DNA of 37,894 nucleotides, taken from positions 1 through 37,894 of IMG/VR virus record IMGVR_UViG_3300043783_000092; one strand, written 5' to 3'. A program made the translations under genes and the position numbers. Origin of the DNA: a virus (Duplodnaviria > Caudoviricetes). The notes beneath the pieces are model-generated. The model was not told where the DNA came from. It searched no databases and saw only the letters and a program-made list of their open reading frames with translations. Within the stretch, counting starts at the first letter, position 1. The number at the start of each line of letters is the position of its first letter. Shown here piece after piece: positions 17,416-25,761 of this stretch.

Positions 17416-17466
17416 GAATGGCCCCCAAAGGCACCGTGTGGGAAAGCGGGCTAATAACGGCCAGAC

Positions 17467-18786
17467 TCATGCGGCGGCGTACAGCCTCCAGGGCTGGATT
17501 TCGGTCTTGATGAAGTAGCGCACAGCGTCACAACCGTCGTCCTTTTGCTTCAGCGGCTGCTCCACACCGCGCTTGGCGGCTTTAGGGTCCCACATGTAAG
17601 CCTGCAACTGCATCTGTGTGTTCTTGGTGCGTCGCCGGTGAAAGTGCACGCGCCCTAAGGCCATCAGGCTGCACATCATGCGAATGCCATCCAGCACTTC
17701 GTTGTCGGCATCCTTGAACCAGATTCCGGCCTGAGAAAGTTCTGCCGCAAAGGACGCGCACTCCGGGGGTAGCAGGACGCACGCACTTTCCGCACCGCAC
17801 TCTTTCTTGAACTTTTCTAAATCTTCACGATACTGCCGGTCTGTTTTTTGCCGGCCCGTAACGTGACTGTCCCACCAGTACTCGTGATCGCACCACAGAT
17901 CCTTGCCGTCGTCCAGCCAGTCCAGGTACACCTGCACGTGATCCACACCGCAGTCAATCGAGATGCTGCGTGTGGGCCGCGAACCTTTGAGGCCAATGGG
18001 CGTCACCATGCCAGGCTTGCCGTTCTTCATTGTCCACGGCACGTCATCGTAAAGCAGATGCTCGCCCCAGACATCTTTCAAGATGGCACCTTCGCCGGTG
18101 ACCCACAAGCCTAGTACAAAGCGCTGATGATAGAGCGAACCGGGCGGATAGATGGAATTCAGATAACCCTCGTACCAGTCCGGCAGGTTGGGATTGTCTG
18201 CGATTTCGAAGTGTATATGCTCCAGCTCGCCGCGCGTCAGCAGGGCCTCGTTGTTAATCAGGTCGGTGTACACGGGGTGAAACGGGGTGTCGGGGTTAGT
18301 TGTCCAATAGCTGCGCGCGCCTTCCACGGACATGCGGTTCTGCACCATCTTCCAGAAGGACACGGCCTGCAGCGTTAACTCGTCACCCACGTTGATGCCA
18401 ACGGTGGAACCACGAATGATCTTTTCTGACCCTTCGTCCTTCGCGCCCACAGCCAGCCACTTGGTTCCGTACAGGTCAATCTCGCCCGACTGACCGTTGT
18501 AGCTGTAGTTGTCGCGGCCAACGATTTCGAACAGATCATTCAGCACGTTGTTCTTGATGGAGGACTTTGTCACGCCGGTGAACAGCCGCAGGCCCTTAAT
18601 AGGATACTCGCACAGCTGCAGCACCTTAGGGTGCAGCGCCCAGGTCTTGGCGCTACGCACGGCACCTTCGAGCACTGTAAAACGTTTGTCGAGCCTTGGA
18701 TCACGGAACGCGAACGAAAATGCTTTCTCACCAAATGGTTTTAAAAACGGTTCTTCTACAATCGAATGCTCAAGAACTTCAGGCAT
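17467..18786 (-). CDS. terL: Terminase large subunit (PBSX-like)
   Basis: Walker A VLEGAVRSAKT, Walker B VGDELTL, TTNP, nuclease motifs SIDCG and DDGCDAVRY. Confidence 0.93.
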   Translation of the reverse strand: MPEVLEHSIVEEPFLKPFGEKAFSFAFRDPRLDKRFTVLEGAVRSAKTWALHPKVLQLCEYPIKGLRLFTGVTKSSIKNNVLNDLFEIVGRDNYSYNGQSGEIDLYGTKWLAVGAKDEGSEKIIRGSTVGINVGDELTLQAVSFWKMVQNRMSVEGARSYWTTNPDTPFHPVYTDLINNEALLTRGELEHIHFEIADNPNLPDWYEGYLNSIYPPGSLYHQRFVLGLWVTGEGAILKDVWGEHLLYDDVPWTMKNGKPGMVTPIGLKGSRPTRSISIDCGVDHVQVYLDWLDDGKDLWCDHEYWWDSHVTGRQKTDRQYREDLEKFKKECGAESACVLLPPECASFAAELSQAGIWFKDADNEVLDGIRMMCSLMALGRVHFHRRRTKNTQMQLQAYMWDPKAAKRGVEQPLKQKDDGCDAVRYFIKTEIQPWRLYAAA

Positions 18787-19393
18787 AATAACGTTGTTTA
18801 ATCTGGCGTGCTTGTGCACGACGCAATCTCATCTTATGACGTTCCACGGCAGGCCCGCCACGCTGCCAATAACTTAGTGCGGCCTTACCAAGATTTTTTC
18901 GGTATTCTGGTGTGAACTTCCGCTTGTGAGAAGCCCAATAAGCGCGAACAGCATCACGATGCTTACGACGGTTTTCTTTTGAACGAAAATGTCGCTTGCT
19001 CGCATCCGCTATCTTCTTACGGTGATCTTCGCTCTGCGGCCCGTACTTTAAACCAGTTAACGCAGCAACAGTCTTTTTTGATTCTTCGCTCCAAACACGA
19101 GCCTCCGCACCTTCGCCCCCAGCTGTCAAATTGTAGCCACGCGGGCCGAAGCTCTCAAACTCACGAATCCAAAACTTTTCGCGGTGTATAAGATCGTCCC
19201 ACGTACTTAGCACTTCGATTGTAAACACTCGAAACTTCGCTTCTCCATATTTTCGAATCGCTTTATGGATTGCAGCGGGAGAACCAGCTTTAGCAGAATC
19301 AAGATGCCGTTGCCAACGCTTGTGCAAACCGGAACTAGCACGGCCAACATACTTCTTACCCGTGACGAGATAAATAATTCCAGTCCATTTCAT
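18779..19393 (-). CDS. GIY-YIG homing endonuclease with NUMOD3-like basic repeats
   Basis: GIIYLVTGKKYVG, R, REKFWI, GYN; repeats SEESKK / SEDHRKKI / SKENRRK / TPEYRKN. Confidence 0.85.
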   Translation of the reverse strand: MKWTGIIYLVTGKKYVGRASSGLHKRWQRHLDSAKAGSPAAIHKAIRKYGEAKFRVFTIEVLSTWDDLIHREKFWIREFESFGPRGYNLTAGGEGAEARVWSEESKKTVAALTGLKYGPQSEDHRKKIADASKRHFRSKENRRKHRDAVRAYWASHKRKFTPEYRKNLGKAALSYWQRGGPAVERHKMRLRRAQARQIKQRYYA

Positions 19394-19953
19394 TCCTTCA
19401 ACCTCTTCACAGGCCCCGCACGGAACGCAGCCAGCACATCCTTCAGCCGGTCAGCGCCCTGCGCGGTGCCGCCGTTCATCAGATTGCGGAACTTCATTGC
19501 CATTGCAATGGCCTCGCCCTTGTTGTGGAAACGGTAACGAACCAGCTGGCCAGTTTCTTTGTCGAACTCAACAGCCGAGATCGCAGCGCTGACGGCCATG
19601 TCCAGTTCGTGGGGCTGCTTAAGTGTTCCATCTGCGCGATAAAGATCACCAACGCGGGAAAAAGTAACGTAGCTGAGTTCCGCAAGGATGTTACCTGGCT
19701 CCAGACGATAGCGAGCCATGCGCTCGGCCACTTCGCGCTGCAGCACGGCCTTGACAGCTTTAATGCTGAACACAGCGCCCGGCGTAGCCGACACCAGCCC
19801 CGCTTCGCGCTCTGCCAGAGCTTTGTTGCCGTGGTGTAAAAAACGCTCCACCGCGTGCGCTTCCTGGGGTGTGAGGCCGTCGGCATCCAGCTCCGGGTCA
19901 CGCTCGTGCTTGGGGGTGTCATAGCGCTGACGTTTCTGTTTCTTAGCCGCCAC
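19390..19953 (-). CDS. terS: Terminase small subunit
   Basis: LTPQEAHAVERF...GNKALAEREAG HTH; DLYRADGTLKQPHELD...AAISAVE...RFHNKGEAI; upstream of terL. Confidence 0.8.
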   Translation of the reverse strand: MAAKKQKRQRYDTPKHERDPELDADGLTPQEAHAVERFLHHGNKALAEREAGLVSATPGAVFSIKAVKAVLQREVAERMARYRLEPGNILAELSYVTFSRVGDLYRADGTLKQPHELDMAVSAAISAVEFDKETGQLVRYRFHNKGEAIAMAMKFRNLMNGGTAQGADRLKDVLAAFRAGPVKRLKE

Positions 19954-19954
19954 A

Positions 19955-20263
19955 CTAGATTTCTAAGCCTGGGTGCTTTGAGCCGATCGACCAGCGCATT
20001 GCTTCCGGGTAACACAGATCAAGGTTGCCATCACTCATGTAGGAATTCCAGGCGTGGAGCTGTTCACCGCGTTTCTCAACAGCATGCACGAGCTTCTTCA
20101 CAGCCATCCAGCCGAGCGGCGTGCGCAGCTTGAGAACCGAACCGTTTTCATTCAGCGTCAAAAGGTGAGGAACAGCGGCAACAGCACGGGCGGCAAAAGT
20201 AGCGGAACAGGAAAGGGGAGGCGCTGTAGAATCGTGGCGCTGAAGATAGACGGTGACGCGCAT
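19955..20263 (-). CDS. Hypothetical protein, first gene of the late arm
   Basis: 102-aa ORF abutting terS, downstream of the leftward promoter. Confidence 0.6.
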   Translation of the reverse strand: MRVTVYLQRHDSTAPPLSCSATFAARAVAAVPHLLTLNENGSVLKLRTPLGWMAVKKLVHAVEKRGEQLHAWNSYMSDGNLDLCYPEAMRWSIGSKHPGLEI

Positions 20264-20267
20264 TGTA

Positions 20268-20283
20268 TCGATAGTACTATCGA
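20268..20283. repeat. Perfect 16-bp palindrome TCGATAGTACTATCGA
   Basis: Read directly; 4 nt upstream of the ATG at 20263. Confidence 0.9.
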
Positions 20284-20391
20284 ACCCGGACTATGATCCG
20301 GTTATCGAACTCAGTAAGCGCCGTGCGCCGCGCTTCTGAGGAGAATCGCGAACCTGCCGCGAAACCCTGCGTGCCTGTTTTTGGATAACCA

Positions 20392-20420
20392 AGTATACCG
20401 CGCCGGGGCGCTTTTCACAA
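20392..20420 (-). promoter_or_regulatory. Leftward sigma70-like promoter
   Basis: Minus strand TTGTGA-17 nt-TATACT. Confidence 0.7.
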
Positions 20421-20549
20421 AGCACAAAATTTTGCCCGAAAATCCGGCGTAATTCAACTTATGCACAAAAACCCTGCATTTAAGCGACCCCGGTGGAGGT
20501 CAAATGGGGATGGGCCTATAAACAAGAGGGTGCGAAGCGCGAAAAACGC

Positions 20550-20855
20550 CAACTAACGTACTTACTAACCTAACGTGTTTTCCTATTCTGTACTATATCT
20601 AGATTACACTCCTATATATAACCTAATTTTCCTTTAACCATTACAAGATAAGTTACGTTAGTACGTTAGTTGATACAGGAATACCCTTGTGCTTACAGGC
20701 GAAAACCTCCTAACGAACGTATTTCTAACGTAAAAACAACGTTAGGTGGCGCACTTCGTGCCGCGCAGCCGCGCACTTCGTGCTGTGTTTGTAGGTCTTC
20801 CTACAACATATGTCACGTCAAAAGTTTTCTCACAAAAAACACGTTAGTACGTTAG
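20550..20855. repeat. CTAACG(T) iteron cluster around an AT-rich core; candidate replication origin
   Basis: CTAACG at ~20553, 20570, 20710, 20725; ACGTTAG at 20655, 20663, 20739, 20841, 20849; 13-bp inverted repeat 20550-20562/20660-20672; 15-bp direct repeat 20655-20669/20841-20855. Confidence 0.7.
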
Positions 20856-20868
20856 GAAACTTTGGGCT

Positions 20869-20897
20869 TTGTGAAATGCCCAAAACCGGGGTATAAT
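20869..20897 (+). promoter_or_regulatory. Rightward sigma70-like promoter
   Basis: TTGTGA-17 nt-TATAAT. Confidence 0.78.
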
Positions 20898-20959
20898 TGC
20901 CTGCCACTGTAAGCCGGTGGTTATAGGGTTCTTGTAACTGGTTTTGCCCGGCCCGTCAA

Positions 20960-21229
20960 ATGTTCATCGACCTAGAAACGGACGCAATTTTGCTTCGGGA
21001 CGTGTTCGGCCCGCAGTGTTTTTGCCGTGATTGCCACCACTACACCTATGCAACCGGGGCCGAAAAAGCCAAGCGTTGTGCTTGGTGCGGCAGTCCAAAC
21101 ATCGGGGGCCAGCCCGCTTTGCTGGGGCCAACCAAGGCCCAGGGTCGGGTGGAACCGCCTCAGCGCCCACCTACCAAGCACCAGCGCCTGCAGCTGGGCT
21201 TTGCCTGGCTGCACGGGGAGTGGATATGA
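20960..21229 (+). CDS. Zinc-ribbon protein
   Basis: CRDC...CAWCGS; first gene after the rightward promoter. Confidence 0.7.
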   Translation: MFIDLETDAILLRDVFGPQCFCRDCHHYTYATGAEKAKRCAWCGSPNIGGQPALLGPTKAQGRVEPPQRPPTKHQRLQLGFAWLHGEWI

Positions 21230-21633
21230 GTACGCGCCGTGCGCCTCTTATTATTAGCCTTCCCGAAGAACTGCTTGCCAGCATTGATGCCCTAGTAATA
21301 AATCGCCCACCATGTCCCCAGTGGCCGTTTGCCGAAAAAGTAGTTAACCGCCATCTTACCATTCAGGAAACAGCAGAACTCACGCGCTACCGGCTGGAGC
21401 ACGAAGCCTGGGAAAACTGGCGTACTCTGAACAACCGCAGCCGCTCTACGGTCATCACGGAGCTTTTAAAAAAGGGGATGGAGCACGCACCCGAACTGTT
21501 TAAAAAACCCGCGCCAGTTCCGCAGGTTGTAGTAACCGGAGCAAAAGGACTGTACCGGCCTAAAATTATGGTTGTTCCTAGCAGCAGCGAGACCGTAGCA
21601 GCACCGAAAAAACGACTGCGGAAGAAGCAATGA
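21226..21633 (+). CDS. Putative ribbon-helix-helix regulator with an insertion
   Basis: LIISLPEELLASIDAL...RSRSTVITELLKKG; ATGA coupling at both ends. Confidence 0.55.
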   Translation: MSTRRAPLIISLPEELLASIDALVINRPPCPQWPFAEKVVNRHLTIQETAELTRYRLEHEAWENWRTLNNRSRSTVITELLKKGMEHAPELFKKPAPVPQVVVTGAKGLYRPKIMVVPSSSETVAAPKKRLRKKQ

Positions 21634-23660
21634 CGAAGGCTCAGGTACGTAAAGCCATGCTTGCTAAGTTAGAATTGTCGGGCCTTACGTCTAGGGACGC
21701 CACCAAGTGTGGTTTCGCGCCTATGACGGCCCCACCCAAAGGTCTAACACAGTTGCCAGCTGCGGGCTTCGTCATTCCATACTTCAATGCCGCAGGCAAG
21801 CGGACAGATTTCTATCGCTACCGATATCTGGAGCAACCCGTGCGCCGGGGCTTTGCTGCCGTGGCGCAACACAAGGAGTCTCGCTATATCCAGCCTGCCG
21901 AGGCCGCACCACAGGTTTATTTTTCGCCGCTGTTTAACTGGCACGAGCATGCTGCCATGACTGCAGAAGACAGAGCTATTGTTATTACGGAAGGTGAACT
22001 GAAGGCGGTGTGTGCTACCAAGTTCGGCATTCCAGCCCTAGGCCTGGGTGGGGTGTGGAACTTCAAGACCAAAACTTCCCCGCTCATTGCCGATCTCGAG
22101 GCGCTGGAGTGGGAAGGCGTTCCCACCTATATCGTTTACGATTCCGACGCACGCAGTAACTATCAGGTAATGCAGGCAGAAAACGCACTAGCCACGGAGC
22201 TGCTGAACCGGGGAGCGGCGATCGTCGTTGTTCGTTTGCCGGAGTTAGCTCCCGGAAAAAAGACAGGCCTAGATGACTTCTTAGTTGCCGAGGGTCTAGA
22301 TAAGTTCATGGATTTAGCACGGGAAACCGAGCCATGGGCTACTTCGCAGGCGCTGCATCAGCTGAACGAAGAAGTGGTGTTTGTGCATGATCCCGGTGCG
22401 GTGCTAGAGCTGAAATCGTTTCAGCGTATGACGCCCAACGCTTTCACGAACTCCATCTATGCCAACCGCACCTGGAAAGAAACGGTTACGGTCAAAGGAA
22501 AAGACAGGGTTGTGAAACGCTCTGCAGCGGTGGAGTGGCTGAAGTGGCCCATTCGAGGCGAAGTCAAATCCACCACCTATGCCCCCGGTCAGCCACGTAT
22601 TACAGCGGCAGGCGAGCTGAACACCTGGCCGGGTTGGGGCATGAATGGCACTACGGTGCAGGAAGGCAGCATCAAGCCGTGGCGCGAACTGATTGGTCAC
22701 TTGTTTAGTGGGGAAAAGCCGGAGTATGTCAAGTGGTTCGAGCAGTGGCTGGCCTACCCGCTGCAGCACCCTGGAGTGAAATTGTTTAGTGCAGTGGTCA
22801 TGTGGGGTGGGCTGCATGGTTCGGGCAAGAGCCTCACCGGCTACACCATGGGCCGCATCTATGGGAAAAACTTTTCCGAAATCGCCGATCGCGACCTGCT
22901 GGGCAACTTCAACGAGTGGGCTGAGAACCGGCAGTTTGTGATGGGGGATGAGATCACGGGGGGTGAGAAAAGACTAAGTGGCGACCGCATGAAAAGTCTG
23001 ATCACGCAACGCTTCCTGCGCGTCAACCCCAAATACATTTCCACTTATATCGTACCGGATTGTATCAATTACTTCTTCACCTCCAATCACCCTGACTCGT
23101 TCTTTCTGGAAGACAGCGACCGGCGTTACTTTGTGCACGAGGTGCGGGTGAGGCCGCTGTCGGATGCCTTCTATAAAGAATACGACAAGTGGTACAAGAG
23201 CGATGCCATGGGGGCACTGTTCTGGTATCTGCTGAATCTTGATCTCACGGGCTTCAACCCCAGTGGCAGGCCCCCCGACACAGGCAGCAAGCGGGAAATG
23301 ATCGACCTGGGCCGGTCGGATGCTGGAGCGTGGTGCGCGGCGCTGCGGGAAGACCCCGCGCAGATGCTAAGCGTGGGCGGCAAGCCGCTGCCTTACTCGC
23401 TCATGACTTCGGAGGAGCTGCATGCGCTGTTCGACCCACAGAAAACCTCGCGTCTTACACGCAATGGTTTAGCTCGCGAGCTGCGGCGGGCGGGCTTTCG
23501 CAAGGTGTTCGACGGGCAACTCATGTGGACACCACTGGGCAACCAGCGCCTGTGGGCGGTGCGCAACATAGACAGGCTGCTTGCGGCCAGCCGTGAGGAC
23601 ATTAAGGAGATTTTCACCAAAGAGCGTGCAGCGGCGGTCGCGATGAAGGAGAAATTTTGA
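21630..23660 (+). CDS. Primase-helicase (DUF3854/TOPRIM + SF3 DUF5906-like helicase)
   Basis: ITEGELKA, LGLGGVWNF, IVYDSD, KTGLDDFL; GLHGSGKS (Walker A), VMGDE, FTSN, DRRYFV. Confidence 0.9.
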   Translation: MTKAQVRKAMLAKLELSGLTSRDATKCGFAPMTAPPKGLTQLPAAGFVIPYFNAAGKRTDFYRYRYLEQPVRRGFAAVAQHKESRYIQPAEAAPQVYFSPLFNWHEHAAMTAEDRAIVITEGELKAVCATKFGIPALGLGGVWNFKTKTSPLIADLEALEWEGVPTYIVYDSDARSNYQVMQAENALATELLNRGAAIVVVRLPELAPGKKTGLDDFLVAEGLDKFMDLARETEPWATSQALHQLNEEVVFVHDPGAVLELKSFQRMTPNAFTNSIYANRTWKETVTVKGKDRVVKRSAAVEWLKWPIRGEVKSTTYAPGQPRITAAGELNTWPGWGMNGTTVQEGSIKPWRELIGHLFSGEKPEYVKWFEQWLAYPLQHPGVKLFSAVVMWGGLHGSGKSLTGYTMGRIYGKNFSEIADRDLLGNFNEWAENRQFVMGDEITGGEKRLSGDRMKSLITQRFLRVNPKYISTYIVPDCINYFFTSNHPDSFFLEDSDRRYFVHEVRVRPLSDAFYKEYDKWYKSDAMGALFWYLLNLDLTGFNPSGRPPDTGSKREMIDLGRSDAGAWCAALREDPAQMLSVGGKPLPYSLMTSEELHALFDPQKTSRLTRNGLARELRRAGFRKVFDGQLMWTPLGNQRLWAVRNIDRLLAASREDIKEIFTKERAAAVAMKEKF

Positions 23661-23666
23661 ATCGAA

Positions 23667-23696
23667 TTGACGGCCTATGAAGTCCTAGGTTATAAT
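23667..23696 (+). promoter_or_regulatory. sigma70-like promoter of the HNH gene
   Basis: TTGACG-18 nt-TATAAT, with ATG 6 nt downstream. Confidence 0.7.
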
Positions 23697-23702
23697 AGAT
23701 TT

Positions 23703-24527
23703 ATGGACAAAGCTATTGTTGCCGTGCTTCAACGTCGATTTCCCAAGGCGAATTTTCGTCGGTATTTTTCATTTTTAGATTCTATTAAACCGTTTCGTGG
23801 TAAGTATTTTGCCATTCATCATATAGCGCCGCGCAGTGAATTTCCTAAGTTGGTTTATCAGAGTAACAATAAGTTGAAAGTTTCTTTGGCGAACCACTTC
23901 CGTGCGCATTATTACCTGGCGTTGGCAGTTCCTTCATGCCGTAATTTTCAATGCGCCTTTTATCTTATGGCTTGTACACGGGCATATAGGGTTCGTTTAT
24001 CGGAGTTGTCCAGCTATGCTCAAGTCTATGAAAAAGGTTTGCAGGCTGCTATACGTCGGAGCCGGCAATTAAACAAAACTCCACATATGCAAAAGCTTTT
24101 AAAGAAAGCCCAAGGAATATGGAAGAATCCGGAGTTTGTTGCAGCACAACGGGTGCGGGCTAGAAAAATATTAGCTAAAACACGCAAAACGAAATCATTC
24201 CAAGTAGCTTTTCGTAAGGCTATGAAGAAGTTACATCGTGATCCGAAGTACCGCGCTAAGGCAAGGCGATCACAAAGCCGTATTCTTAAAGCTCTTTGGA
24301 AAGATCCAGAATTTCGGGCACGGAATTCTAAAGCGTCTAGCGAACGTATGTTTCGGACGCGGCGAACAAAAAAATTTAAACAAGCGTTACAAAACGGAAT
24401 AAAGACTCTTTGGCAGGATAAAGCATTTCGAGCCCGCCACAGTAAGGCATCTAGCAATCGGTTGAAACGTTTAGCGCGAGAAGGAAAAATAGTGCGTGTT
24501 CGTGGGCGTGTGGTGAAATTTTTATGA
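23703..24527 (+). CDS. HNH homing endonuclease with basic C-terminal repeats
   Basis: IHHIAPRS...N...NHFRAHYYL; repeats WKNPEF / HRDPKY / WKDPEF / WQDKAF; visibly AT-richer than its flanks. Confidence 0.8.
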   Translation: MDKAIVAVLQRRFPKANFRRYFSFLDSIKPFRGKYFAIHHIAPRSEFPKLVYQSNNKLKVSLANHFRAHYYLALAVPSCRNFQCAFYLMACTRAYRVRLSELSSYAQVYEKGLQAAIRRSRQLNKTPHMQKLLKKAQGIWKNPEFVAAQRVRARKILAKTRKTKSFQVAFRKAMKKLHRDPKYRAKARRSQSRILKALWKDPEFRARNSKASSERMFRTRRTKKFKQALQNGIKTLWQDKAFRARHSKASSNRLKRLAREGKIVRVRGRVVKFL

Positions 24528-24874
24528 CTAGCATTAAACCTAAAAAACCACATGCTCAGAAAATAACCGCTTATGATCTCCTCGGTTGCCCACCAGCAGC
24601 CTCAATCGAACAGCTACATGAAGCTTACTTACAGATCGCATTTTCCACCCACCCTGATCGTGGCGGCGACGGGGAAAAGTTTAAGGCCGTGGCCCTGGCC
24701 TGGGGCCAGGTGAAGATGACAGAAGAACGGCGGCGCTATGACCGTCAATTGAAACTTGAGGGTGTGCTCAACTGCCTGCCCTGCAAAGGCCGGGGCGTGC
24801 GTTCGTACTTTGAGCGTGGACGTTTCAAAAAAGACGCAGTGTGTCTGGCGTGCAAAGGCACAGGGAGGGCTTAA
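24524..24874 (+). CDS. J-domain protein with DnaJ-type zinc finger
   Basis: YDLLG...THPDRGGDGEKF...RRRYD; CLPCKGRG and CLACKGTG. Confidence 0.88.
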   Translation: MTSIKPKKPHAQKITAYDLLGCPPAASIEQLHEAYLQIAFSTHPDRGGDGEKFKAVALAWGQVKMTEERRRYDRQLKLEGVLNCLPCKGRGVRSYFERGRFKKDAVCLACKGTGRA

Positions 24875-24875
24875 A

Positions 24876-25406
24876 ATGTTTGAAACCCGCATTGTTGACG
24901 CGCTGGAGAGCTTAGTCACTATTGAGAGCGAGCGCCGAGACATTGAGAACCAGCTTCTGGACTTACTGCGGAGCCAGTTTGCGCCGATTGGCTTCCGTAT
25001 AACCGAAACCGCAATTCAACCTACAGGAGGAACTATGACTATCGCAAAAGCAGGTGCAGACTTACAGATTCTTGACAACGGCAAGGGCGTGCTGTTCACG
25101 CTCACCCCCGTCAACCGAGCTGGTAACCCCGAACCGCTACCAGCGGGCACCACCGTGCTGGCAACCAGCAGCGCCCCGGCATCGCTGGCCGTGGCTCCCG
25201 ACCCTGGCGATCCCAATGCCACGCCGCCCCGCCCCGCTGACACCACCGGGCTTATATTTCTGGGAACCGTCCCGCAACCCCCAGTGGATGCTGTCGGCGT
25301 CGTGGTGACGTTCTCTGCCCCGTTTGGTTCTACCGCTGCCGATCCGATCGACGTGACAGCGGACAACAGTCCCGTCGGATTCACCATTACGGAAACGGCG
25401 GAGTAA
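24876..25406 (+). CDS. Hypothetical beta-rich protein with an internal in-frame start at 25035
   Basis: ATG at 24876 next to the upstream stop; second ATG at 25035 preceded by AGGAGG. Confidence 0.7.
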   Translation: MFETRIVDALESLVTIESERRDIENQLLDLLRSQFAPIGFRITETAIQPTGGTMTIAKAGADLQILDNGKGVLFTLTPVNRAGNPEPLPAGTTVLATSSAPASLAVAPDPGDPNATPPRPADTTGLIFLGTVPQPPVDAVGVVVTFSAPFGSTAADPIDVTADNSPVGFTITETAE

Positions 25407-25441
25407 GTTTTTAAATCTTTGATGAAAGGAGGACAAGTACT

Positions 25442-25666
25442 ATGGCCGATGTAACGAATCTTCCCACGGACACGGCGACCCTGGTCAGTGATGTCAAGGC
25501 CGCTGCATCCAAACTCAGTGGCGACGCCCAGGATGCCTTTAAGCAGTTCCTGGCCGACGCCCATCAGGAAGTAGCGGACGCAACCGGAGCGGCTTCCACT
25601 ATCTGGAGCCAGCTGCTGGCGGCAATTCACGGTACAACCCCGGCAGCAGTGCAGGCTGGAAAGTAA
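25442..25666 (+). CDS. Small Ala-rich helical protein
   Basis: Strong RBS AAGGAGG; 74 aa. Confidence 0.75.
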   Translation: MADVTNLPTDTATLVSDVKAAASKLSGDAQDAFKQFLADAHQEVADATGAASTIWSQLLAAIHGTTPAAVQAGK

Positions 25667-25761
25667 AACAAGGGTACGGAGAAAACGTGGCTTAAAGCAT
25701 GCGAACGGCACGACAAGCTCTTGTTCGTTTTAACTGCGGGAGCCGTGGGCCACATATCTTT

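Noticed and set aside
18779-19393. Group I intron interrupting the terminase
   Set aside because: terS and terL both look complete and overlap the endonuclease ORF, leaving no room for intron core sequence.
20550-20855. CRISPR-like or mini-array interpretation of the repeats
   Set aside because: Repeats are 6-15 bp, irregularly spaced and in both orientations.
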